A DNA stretch of 64,000 bases from a virus: positions 1 through 64,000 of the IMG/VR virus record IMGVR_UViG_3300028948_000703. One strand, given 5' to 3'. Below the pieces are notes generated by a model. It was not told the DNA's origin. It was given only the letters and a program-made list of their open reading frames with translations, and searched no databases. Each line of letters begins with the position of its first letter. The first letter of the stretch is position 1. The translations under genes and the position numbers were made by a program. This document shows positions 51,117 through 60,381 of the stretch, piece by piece.

Positions 51117-52916
51117 AAGGAGATAACATGACCAACGAGAACGCTCAAGTCACCGCCTGGACCATTGTGGGAGTTGCGGTCTGTGCTGCATTTGCCTTTA
51201 TGATCCATGGCTGTGTTGACATGGTCAAGTCCAGCGATCAAGTCGAACTCCAGAAGCACGGCTTTCTAACCGGCGGTATCTTTGTAAAAGTGCGAGTCTG
51301 AGGTTCCTATGAATGATCTAGTTAAACTAGCATACGATACCGGTGCTGCATATGCCAAAACCATGGGCTATCGCACCATTGGCATGCAGGATAATCCCTA
51401 CAATCCAGATGACGAAATTAGCTTGCGAAAGGCTTGGTTTCGAGGGTATAGTGACGCTTGTAGAACTGCTGAAGAGGGCTAATCATGTTTGGGTTTCTGG
51501 TCGGTTGGGGTGTGTTCTGGCTGTCGCTCTGGATTACGTTTACTGTCCTAGGTGCACTAGCAAAAGAAGACAACATGGTCGGTGCCGGCATCATACTTTC
51601 TGCCATTAGCTTCTTCTATCTCATAGCTGTGCTCATCGGTAATGCAGTGAGCTAGATCATGTATCCCAGATTTGAAATGCGTGTGCCGCGTATCAACTCA
51701 CAGTCTGCAGAAGAACGGATCACTCTGCAGTGTCTTCCCGACAACCTGTTTGAGCTTGGCCTCTACAACGATAACACTGCTGTTACTGACAGTTTTACCT
51801 GCACTGCAACTCTCAACCTTGAGCAGCTCGATACACTGATCAAGGAACTCACGGCAGCACGTGACATCAGAATTCGGCAGGTTCTCTTGGAACGGTGGAA
51901 GCATATTCCTGACATTCTCTGAGATATCGCTTGCATCTAGCATGTGTTCTGCTATGTTACACAAATGAACACTATTCAACGTCTTGAACTAGCTGAGAAT
52001 ATTGCTCACCTCTATGGTCGGTGGCCTGAGTTCTCCAGGATCTACAGCGAGTATCGCAACAAGCACCGTGTCTTGGACAGCACTGAAAAGACCTTGCATG
52101 ATATGAACCTCTGGGAAGATTATTGCAAGGTGTTGGTCACTCGTCAGCAAAAATAAAGGTTGCAGCTGGCAGCCAAATCTGCTATGTTGCAATTGTAAAC
52201 AACGGGTGATAAAATGCTAAAGAGCATACCGATAATCACAATTTGGAGCATTCCACGCACTGAGCCGTTCCGTCTCAAGAAGATTGTGGTTACAAGCCCG
52301 CGCGGCAAGATCTGGACCTTTGACAGCGAAAGTGATGCTCGCTGCATCTTCCCTGATAGCTGGGACCGCATCAAAGCTGGACTGTTGGGTTACACTGTCA
52401 CAGGAGTGTGAACATGAAGCCTACTATCTATCGTGCATGGATCAATCAACCCAGCACCGATCAGCCCCTTCATGCGCTGCATGGGCTACGTTGCATTGCA
52501 GAGGATACTGGCGGAGCAACTGTTCGTTTATGGTTTGCAGAAGGCGACATCCATTCAATGGAAGCTCTGCGTACATGTATTAGCAGAATAAAGCTTAGTG
52601 AAGCCGGTTGACCCAAACAATCTAGACGCTATACTACCAGCGTTAACAACGGAGCGCACAATGCAGCTTAAGACCGCAAACGAACTGAACATGCAGGCAG
52701 CTATCCAGCAGGGTCTGGGCACGCACTACATGCTGGACGAGAGTGACAACTGCGGGCTCTGCGGCGAAGATCTTGAGGGTGCTGTGAGTGAAGTGCAGGT
52801 GGCATCGATCATCAACGACACGATCGAAACCAATACCTGTACGGTCTATACCGATGCTGCCGGCGTGATGCGGGTGGCCAATCCGGACGAATTTGTGAGG
52901 TGCTTTGGCTAGGCTG

Positions 52917-53183
52917 TAGCAAGAGAGCTTTATTGGGCCCCTGTCGTTTAATTGGAATAGGACGCCGTGCTCGATTTCACTGCCTGACATGGCTATAGTA
53001 TTGATCATACCAGTGGTTGATTCTCTGTAGGTGTTGGGTAAAGATACTGTGCTGGTACACAGGAGAGCATTGGTATGCAGGTTCGAGACCTGTCAGGGGA
53101 AGCAATAAAGGTAGCCTGTGCGTGATGTAACATACAGGAGCAACTAACCCGAGGCGTCTTCACCACTACGCCTACTCTTGCTA
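52917..53183 (+). ncRNA. tRNA-shaped RNA with a ~90-nt insertion in the anticodon arm, nested in closing stems
   Basis: Acceptor CCCCTG/CAGGGG, D-arm with GG and T-arm GCAGG-TTCGAGA-CCTGT; outer stems CTTTATTG/CAATAAAG and TAGCAAGAG/CTCTTGCTA; no CCA. Confidence 0.65.
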
Positions 53184-54143
53184 GAGAAATACTTCTTTAA
53201 AACGTTGCATCACTGGCCATGGTGCAAACTGCTGAATTCGATCAGACCAAGTAGCCTGCGAACCCAGGTCTTTGATATTCATGAGTTTTTCCTTGACAGT
53301 GGATTCACTATAAAGTAGATTGCTATTGTTGAGCAACACTTGATGATTTTGATCATGGCCGCCCTCCCAGGCTAGAACGGGCTTGTTCAAGGACAATGCT
53401 TCGGCAATTGCAAGGCCAAATGATTCGCCTCCAGATCTAGCATGTATCATTGCATCACAGCTGGCAATAAAGTTTGATTTTGCTTGAGGGCTGTGTATTT
53501 CAGTGAGAAACCTAACCTGCGGATGTGATATCCAAGGTTCTGTGCCAACAAAAACAAAAGTATAGTCTTGCCGTGCTGCTAAGACTTCGGTGATCGCTTG
53601 TTTGACAAATGGGATATCAAAGGTATAATATCCTCCCATGCGTCCAATTACAGTATTAGACTGTGGAATTCCCAGTATCTCTCGATAGTTGTCAGTGACA
53701 CTGGGCAGCGTGACCATGTGAGGCACCCAGGGAATTGCAGCAGAATGTCGTTGATTCATTGTTAAAGCCAGCCATTCACTGATATAAGCATATCTGTGGC
53801 CGTGCGGATTGTAGTATTGAAATACAGCATGAATCGCTGTGGCACAACCCGGCGCAACATAGTTGCCATTGCCAGCATGTATCATGTATAGGAGATCTGG
53901 CTTCTCTTGATCAACAAGTCTTGATAGATCATCTTGGCCACAGTGTGATAAAACCTTGAATCTACTCTGCAGAGATTCTAACACTGCAGGTTCAGTACCA
54001 AGATCCTTTGCATATGCAAACGCAGTATCATAGCATATAATGCTTTGGTTTCCAAGTAATGATTGATTATATGTGGCATAATCTCTAACAGCTACGGTGG
54101 TACCTCTATATGATAATGTGTTGGTGTGAAACAGTATTTTCAT
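53181..54143 (-). CDS. GT-B fold glycosyltransferase (GT4-like)
   Basis: MKILFH..RGT..; CDAMIHAR..GESFGLAIAEA..KPV (E-x7-E motif). Confidence 0.85.
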   Translation of the reverse strand: MKILFHTNTLSYRGTTVAVRDYATYNQSLLGNQSIICYDTAFAYAKDLGTEPAVLESLQSRFKVLSHCGQDDLSRLVDQEKPDLLYMIHAGNGNYVAPGCATAIHAVFQYYNPHGHRYAYISEWLALTMNQRHSAAIPWVPHMVTLPSVTDNYREILGIPQSNTVIGRMGGYYTFDIPFVKQAITEVLAARQDYTFVFVGTEPWISHPQVRFLTEIHSPQAKSNFIASCDAMIHARSGGESFGLAIAEALSLNKPVLAWEGGHDQNHQVLLNNSNLLYSESTVKEKLMNIKDLGSQATWSDRIQQFAPWPVMQRFKEVFL

Positions 54144-54208
54144 TGTAATGCATTATATGCAATATAAAATCGGTTGCATAATTGGATAAACACTTTATAA
54201 TCGAACAC

Positions 54209-54364
54209 ATGAACAAGAGCATCAAGCGTTATCTCAAGTGCGGACCCGGTGGGCGACGCTGTGTCTGTTGCTTTCCTGCTCCGGGTAGCCGCGAACGCAA
54301 GTTTGAGTATCGCCGGGCCAAGCGTAAGGCTCGCCAGCAAGCGTTGCGTGATCAGGAGCAGTAA
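54209..54364 (+). CDS. Leaderless basic Cys-rich peptide, 51 aa
   Basis: TATAAT 7 nt before the ATG; GPGGRRCVCC..RRAKRKARQ. Confidence 0.7.
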   Translation: MNKSIKRYLKCGPGGRRCVCCFPAPGSRERKFEYRRAKRKARQQALRDQEQ

Positions 54365-54520
54365 ATGGATCCTATTTTAGTGATTGCAACAACCGCAATT
54401 GCTATGCTAGTGTTGCTTGGATAAAAAATAGCCGGATAGCTAAAACCTGGTCCCCGCAGCTCAAAAACCTGGTCCCCGCAGGGGTTTATAAAACACCAAT
54501 TATCAGTGAGAGATTAAACC

Positions 54521-55009
54521 ATGGCCCTGCTCAATCGTCGAAAGTTCCTGTTTCGCTCGGCTGCAATTGTCACTGCCAGCAACTTGATGCCTGGTCACAG
54601 CATTGCTCACCTGCTGGAACCCACGCCTCGCGAAGTGATTGTTGCCAACATGAAGATAATCCAACGAGAGCTGCAGGCCAACAGCATGAGTGATCTCTCA
54701 GCCACAGCACTGAGCAATATTGATGACATCATTCATCGGGCTGTGAACAACATCTGTTCGGTGGGTGTGGACCGACTTGCTACACCCAGCAAGGAAGATG
54801 TTGCTCATGTTTTCAATCCTCGGCACGAATGGTATCGCAGTGATGTGGCCAGCAACTTTCGTGATGTGCCCATTGATGTACTGCCCGTGCATGCACTAAA
54901 GACAGTGCTGGGCAAGTGGAAGGCTCCAGTTAACTCTCAGCACGAAGAGTTCAAGGACGGTTGGAAGCAGTTTGTGAGCAAGTATGTCAACACACTGCCC
55001 ACAATGTAG
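54521..55009 (+). CDS. Hypothetical protein with a twin-arginine-like start (NRRKFL)
   Basis: ORF of 162 aa. Confidence 0.65.
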   Translation: MALLNRRKFLFRSAAIVTASNLMPGHSIAHLLEPTPREVIVANMKIIQRELQANSMSDLSATALSNIDDIIHRAVNNICSVGVDRLATPSKEDVAHVFNPRHEWYRSDVASNFRDVPIDVLPVHALKTVLGKWKAPVNSQHEEFKDGWKQFVSKYVNTLPTM

Positions 55010-55095
55010 CTTGCACTAAAACAAGAAGTGCGCTAGACTTGCTCACATACTAGCGCACTTCTTGCCAGATGTAAAATAAATTTACACCATCTCTG

Positions 55096-55230
55096 CACGG
55101 CGTGCCTCGGGCCTATTCACAACCTTTTGCTGTGATTTTCGTCACGGCGTGCCTCGGGCAATATCACAGTGCATTTTTGTAGTTTTCATCACGGCTAGCC
55201 TCGCAGTCACAGCTGAATTTTTTTCTGCGG
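55096..55230 (+). repeat. Degenerate 47-bp-period repeat (CACGGCGTGCCTCGGGC core), three copies
   Basis: Cores at 55096, 55143 and 55190. Confidence 0.75.
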
Positions 55231-55329
55231 CTGGCGAACGAATTCATTTTTTTTGCACCTTTTTTGGTAGACTGCTGCTAGCAATGTGCTAAGTTCACAT
55301 TGTTAACACAAACACAAAAGGTAGTGCAA

Positions 55330-55749
55330 ATGATCAGCAACGAGCAAGCAATTGACGCCATGATGTGCAGCTTCGAAAAGTACGCCGCTCTGCGTGCTGA
55401 ACTGGGCTTTCCGCTGCCCAGCAAGGTCAACAACAACCTGCTGCCGAGCTGGGTCCTGCGTGTGGGTGAGAAGCCCAAGACGGAATGGGTCATGCCTAAG
55501 CGTGCTTCGCAGCCCGTCCAGCCCGCTGCTGAGACTGCAATCGTCGAAGTCAACGCGCCCGTGCAAGTCGCTGCAGAGCCCACTGCTGCAAAGCTCGACA
55601 GCTGGGCCGCGCGTGTGCGTGCTGTGATCCGTGCAGCCAAAACGGAAGGCCAGACGCCGCAGCAGGTGCTCAAGCACGTGGTGGAAAGCATGGGCATGAA
55701 GGAAAGCAGCGCTCGCAACTGCATCAAGCACAATTGGCTTAAGGTGTGA
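55330..55749 (+). CDS. HTH-like domain protein, paralogue of 39608-40027
   Basis: Shared motifs, see the 39608 gene. Confidence 0.8.
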   Translation: MISNEQAIDAMMCSFEKYAALRAELGFPLPSKVNNNLLPSWVLRVGEKPKTEWVMPKRASQPVQPAAETAIVEVNAPVQVAAEPTAAKLDSWAARVRAVIRAAKTEGQTPQQVLKHVVESMGMKESSARNCIKHNWLKV

Positions 55750-56488
55750 GGGGAGGCGCAAGCTTCTTACACTGGGAGAAGTGATACCTAAACATAGCGG
55801 GTCCTTTTCCAAGCTTATTACAGTGAGGGCACTCATAAACACGCAAAATGTTATGAGTGCCCTCCATCATGCGTTTTTGATTCGTCTTCCTTGACACTTC
55901 ACCGCCGAGAAAATTATGCCGTCCTTCAGCTACTAGACGCCTGTGTACTTCACCGCCGAGGAGATGATGCGTGCCTTCCTCAACACGCTTCCTTTGTAAG
56001 TCGCCCCCGAGAAAGTTGTGTGTACCATCCTCGATACGCCTCTTGTTGGCCTTCTTAACGTGTTCTCCGCCCTGGAAGGGATTTGTTCCGTTTTTAACAC
56101 GTTGCCGTGCATGATCGCCTCCAACAAAGGGATGTGTACCGTTGGCTAACATCTTATATACAGGATTTCTCTCCCTAATAAAAGGATGAGTTCCGTCGTC
56201 TATGCGCTTTTTTGCGGAAAGCTTTGCTATTTTTGATTTTTCTTCCTTGCTCATACCTAGCCTGGACATCAATCGCATAGCTGCGGCCCAGTCGCCTTGG
56301 TCAAGATGTATTTGAAGATGATCCTGTATTGACACAGCTAGCAAATTGCTTATATCGTTGTTTGACGGGTCGCCATCAATGTGATGTATATCATAAGTCC
56401 GACCTTGATCGTCCTGTGGGATAGGGCCGTGATGCTGTTCATAGATTTTTCTATAGACACGTGATTGACTTCTAGCATAAGTAGTCAT
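55739..56488 (-). CDS. Free-standing HNH homing endonuclease
   Basis: YRKIYEQHHGPIP..YDIHHIDGDPSNN..NL..H; GTH(P/N)F repeats; CPHC; paralogue of the 24097 gene. Confidence 0.85.
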   Translation of the reverse strand: MTTYARSQSRVYRKIYEQHHGPIPQDDQGRTYDIHHIDGDPSNNDISNLLAVSIQDHLQIHLDQGDWAAAMRLMSRLGMSKEEKSKIAKLSAKKRIDDGTHPFIRERNPVYKMLANGTHPFVGGDHARQRVKNGTNPFQGGEHVKKANKRRIEDGTHNFLGGDLQRKRVEEGTHHLLGGEVHRRLVAEGRHNFLGGEVSRKTNQKRMMEGTHNILRVYECPHCNKLGKGPAMFRYHFSQCKKLAPPLTP

Positions 56489-56557
56489 AGCTGTTGTTCC
56501 TCTAAAACAATAGAGCGATCGGGAGTTCCACCGCCGCGGATCGCAACATTATTTATA
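56489..56557 (-). promoter_or_regulatory. Late promoter plus conserved structured leader (copy C)
   Basis: TATAAATA..GCGATC-CGC..C-GATCGC-TCT-ATTGTT..AACAA-CAGC-T-ATG. Confidence 0.75.
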
Positions 56558-56592
56558 ATGGCCTGTGCTGATTTTCTTAAATTAAATTTGCC

Positions 56593-56810
56593 GTGAGTGA
56601 TTGATTCTAAGAACTTCAGATCCAATCCACACGAGTATCCCAAACCCTACGTGTTGATTTTAAGGAGTCCATAGTCAATCCTCACGATCCCTAAGTAGCC
56701 GTGTCTGTTGATTTTAAGGATTCCAGGAAAGATCCGCACGAACGCATCTGAAGACTTCTAATGAATGTTAAGATAATCCTTAACCCCGGCTATTGATTCT
56801 AAGGATCTCG
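56593..56810 (+). repeat. Phased TTGATT(C/T)TAAG repeats, four copies (iteron-like)
   Basis: Starts at 56601, 56654, 56708 and 56793; ATCCnCACGA follows the first three. Confidence 0.75.
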
Positions 56811-57314
56811 ACTAGCCTACAACGGCTAGATTAACTGTTGACACACTTCCAAAATGCACTATAATAAAAAAATGGACGAGTTGATCACAGCCATTGTTTT
56901 TCAAGCTGTTTACATGCAGGACAACGGCTGCAAATATGCGGCTCGCTTGCCTTGCCAGCAAATCACTGACCCTGAATGGGGTAATCCAGAGTTTATGAGC
57001 GAAGTTACCAGAACGCTCTATCAAGGAAGCTAGCCATGCATTGCTATATGATCATTGAACATCTTGAGCCGGATCAACACAAGGGACTGGGAACCATGCA
57101 CAGCATTGGCACAGTGTTTGCCAGCAGTGACGAGGATGCCATGCAGCAGATCGTTGATCACTGGGGAATCAAGGATCCCATGCGAGACCTCAGCGATAAC
57201 TGGGCTGTGGAAAACCGGCAGTTCTCAGTGGTCAAACTGGTCCCGCCAACAGCGGCAATCAAGATCAAGTAAAATCGGTTTACAACACATGTGCCATTGT
57301 GTATAAGTAGTTAG

Positions 57315-57488
57315 ATGAAAACATACGGACTCACTGATCGATCCCTGCGCGGATGCTGTCCTGGGCATGATAAATTCCCTCGAGAGAGCTATAATAACCG
57401 TCGCTCTAAGCGGAGAAATCGTCTAACAACTAAGATAATGCGTAGACGGCAGCGTCGTATTGATCGCCGCGCCGCTAAAGCCAGCTAA
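57315..57488 (+). CDS. Basic Cys-Cys peptide, 57 aa, absent from the ORF track
   Basis: MKTYG..GCCPGH..RRRQRRIDRRAAKAS; leaderless after TATAAG. Confidence 0.7.
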   Translation: MKTYGLTDRSLRGCCPGHDKFPRESYNNRRSKRRNRLTTKIMRRRQRRIDRRAAKAS

Positions 57489-57493
57489 CATCA

Positions 57494-57646
57494 ATGAAAG
57501 CCTACGGACACAGTCGCAAAGACAAGCTGGAATGCCGGTACGGATGTTGCACTGGCAAAAGCGGCGCAAAGAAGAATTGCCGTCCTGTAGTTGACAAAGC
57601 CCGGCGAAAGCGCGCACGGCGTGCAGCTAAAGATACCCATGCATAA
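57494..57646 (+). CDS. Basic Cys-Cys peptide, 50 aa, absent from the ORF track
   Basis: MKAYG..CRYGCC..KARRKRARRAAK; paralogue of the 57315 gene. Confidence 0.7.
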   Translation: MKAYGHSRKDKLECRYGCCTGKSGAKKNCRPVVDKARRKRARRAAKDTHA

Positions 57647-57809
57647 TCAACATTGCCTTGACTATTACCTCCACATGCAGGAAGAGGCAGGCGATGTCTG
57701 CGACCTAGATCATCAAACCATGTGGCAGGATTTTTGGTTTGACGAACAAGAATCGGTTGCAAAATTCTAAAACTCTGTTAGTATAGCACACCGTTAACAG
57801 GAGCACACC

Positions 57810-58028
57810 GTGGCCAAAGAGCTCAAGGTTGGTGAGCGGATCAACACACAAGAACTCAGCTATGCACATTTTACTGTTGCCGCTGGGTCAACGATTCAAC
57901 TATCAATGTACTCAAACAGCGATCACGAGCCTCGCAAGATCGTCACAGCTACTCTGGAATACGACATTGATATCTTTGAAGACAGCCGCGTGCAAGTCCT
58001 GATCACAGACATCAAGAACGCAGATTAG
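57810..58028 (+). CDS. Hypothetical protein
   Basis: Promoter and AGGAG RBS. Confidence 0.65.
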   Translation: MAKELKVGERINTQELSYAHFTVAAGSTIQLSMYSNSDHEPRKIVTATLEYDIDIFEDSRVQVLITDIKNAD

Positions 58029-58029
58029 G

Positions 58030-59100
58030 CCAAAGAAATCGGTTGCAGAGTATTAACGAGCTGCTAATATAGCGCTTGTACACAGTTGCACACAACTTGA
58101 CCCGCTGATGTTGAAAAGCACAGCGGGTTCTTTTTGACCCTGAACTGCTCGTGCTGCTAGGCCTAGAGCTAGCCTATCAATACCCACACGACTAGATAGG
58201 CCAACAGTCAAATGTCTCCCTAGCCGTGGCTGAGCTTATATGGCATCCTTGATATGTTCTGCATGGCTTGACAAGATTCTATTGATTTCATCTAGGATCG
58301 TGTCTAGATATCCGGAGGTATCCATGGCAATCTAGCACGGTTATAGAGGGTCAAGTCAGCTTATCTGAGAACATTAGTCTAACTCGTGCTGGGCTTCTTG
58401 GAGGTATTCTAGGAGAAACACTGTGGCAAGCATTGATCATGCTGCTGTATTCTAAGGTTCTTCGACTTACTATGCACGATAATAGCCTGATCACACTCAG
58501 CTTTGTGGAGGTATTCTAGGAGAAACAGTGAGGCAAACGATATAGAAGCCTATTATAATCCTGAGCCGTGCTGGCTTATCCGGAGGTTCTGAACAGGTTT
58601 AATACGACATAGAGGACCTTAGACTAACATAGCCTGCCGTACTAGTGCCAATCAAGTCCGCTATTAGACGTGCACACGGTACATAAAAAGCTCTTGTACA
58701 CCGGCCAACTCTGTGCTATAGCTATAATGGAACACAGGGAAATGAATGCCTATGCTGGGCTCTTATACCTACCTTAAACATGTGCGTAAGTGCAGCACGA
58801 GTAGCCGTGCTGTGTACCCACAGGACTGCGCCATGCACCCAGGGGCTAGCAGTAGCGCAAAGCAACGGAGTGAGTTGCGGCAGAAAACTTTTGCCGTGCA
58901 GGTCGGAGAAGGGTAAAGAGACAGAGAGGTCGAGGCCGCCGTGAGGGGTTAAGAAAAAAGAAAAACCGGTATATAAACTATAGCTTTATAGTATACAATA
59001 TGTAATATAGCGTAGACTCACTATAAAAATCTGGTTTTTTGCCTCCTTAAAATCCTGAATTTTTTTTTCGAAAAGATTTTTGCATTTACAGCCTACCCCT
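58030..59100. other. ~1-kb non-coding, repeat-rich block
   Basis: No ORF of 60 aa or more; 22-bp repeat at 58399 and 58506; many GCCGTG/CACGG motifs; AT-rich palindromic right end. Confidence 0.65.
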
Positions 59101-59135
59101 CTAGATTTCTTCTTATTGTTGCATATAACTGTTAT

Positions 59136-60077
59136 ATGTCAAAGCGTAAATGGTCGTGGCAGCATAGGCATTTTATCAGCTCACGTATGTCTAAGCGTGA
59201 TTTTCATCTTCTACGGAGATTCTGCAGTGAGCATTTTGGCCCCGATCTTGGTGATTTTAACAATCGTTGGGATTATACTGGTCTAAAGCGTGTTAGTCAG
59301 TATCACGGACATGAATATCACAGTGTACAGCTATTTTTTCGTACGTTAGAAGATCTAGTGTTGTTTAAGCTAGTATATAACCCAGATGAAATCTATGGCA
59401 AATCGTAAATGGTCGTGGCGTTATAAAATTTCCATGGGTCATCTTAACAGCGATCGTATGACTAAGCTTAGAGAGTTCTGCGATGAACGGTTTAATAAAG
59501 ATTCTTCTAGGTATGATTTTAGCTTTGTTAAACGTAGACTAAATCCCACCAGTTGGTTTCCACGCTATTACTATTCCCGAGTAAAAATCCATTTTAAGGA
59601 TCATGAAGATCTAGTGTTGTTTAAGCTAACTTATACCGAGTAAATGTCGCTTATTCGTGGTCAACCTAATCCGTGGGTCAAAGACTATCCTTATAACTGT
59701 GAAATCTTGGTTATACCCTGGGAATTGTGGACTTGGATTGACTCTAATCTAGCAGTTGATCAATGGTGTTGGGATATGATATATGATTTCACTGAAAACA
59801 CAAATTTTGTTTGGTTTGGGTTTAAACGACAAGAAGATTACGTTAGGTTTTGTTTAACATGGATCTAGCAGTGGAATTTCAGTGGTCTGCGACTTGCGTA
59901 TATGGTGGGGAAGTATCTGATCGTGCCATTGAATGGTTGGAGAATAACATGGATAACAATCTATACTTTATAGATTTTTTACATGAATCACCTACAAGTT
60001 GGCATCCTTCGCATGTTTGGTTTGGATTTAGGTCCAGAGAAGATCTAGTACGGTTTCAATTTTCCTGTGGGGGCTAA
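59136..60077 (+). repeat. Four ~75-90-aa paralogues of the 9.7-13.3 kb family (59136-59408, ~59395-59643, 59644-59868, ~59859-60077)
   Basis: C-termini FRTLEDLVLFKL, FKDHEDLVLFKL, FKRQEDYVRFCLTW and FRSREDLVRFQF. Confidence 0.8.
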
Positions 60078-60381
60078 AACTTTTTGCGTGGTGGTAGATT
60101 AGATTTTAAAAAATTTTTAGCAAAAAAAAGTTTTGAATTATAATCTATAGGCCGGTTATAAAATTGCAGATTGAGAAAGTTGTATTGATTAACAAGCTTG
60201 GTAAATTTTCCGCATTATAATATGAAATTAACTACATAGTTAATAACGGCGGAGCGTTGGCTTCGCCAACTATTTCTGCAAGGTTGCGGTTTGGTTTTTG
60301 GTTAAGTGTGCCTTGCCAATATCATAGATTTCTGTCAGTGTTGTTATCTATAATTTATTATAGTCTGATAAATACGCTATC

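Noticed and set aside
55096-55230. Mini CRISPR array (17-bp repeat plus 30-bp spacers)
   Set aside because: The linkers resemble each other, the repeat is short and degenerate, and there are no cas genes. It is better described as a tandem repeat.
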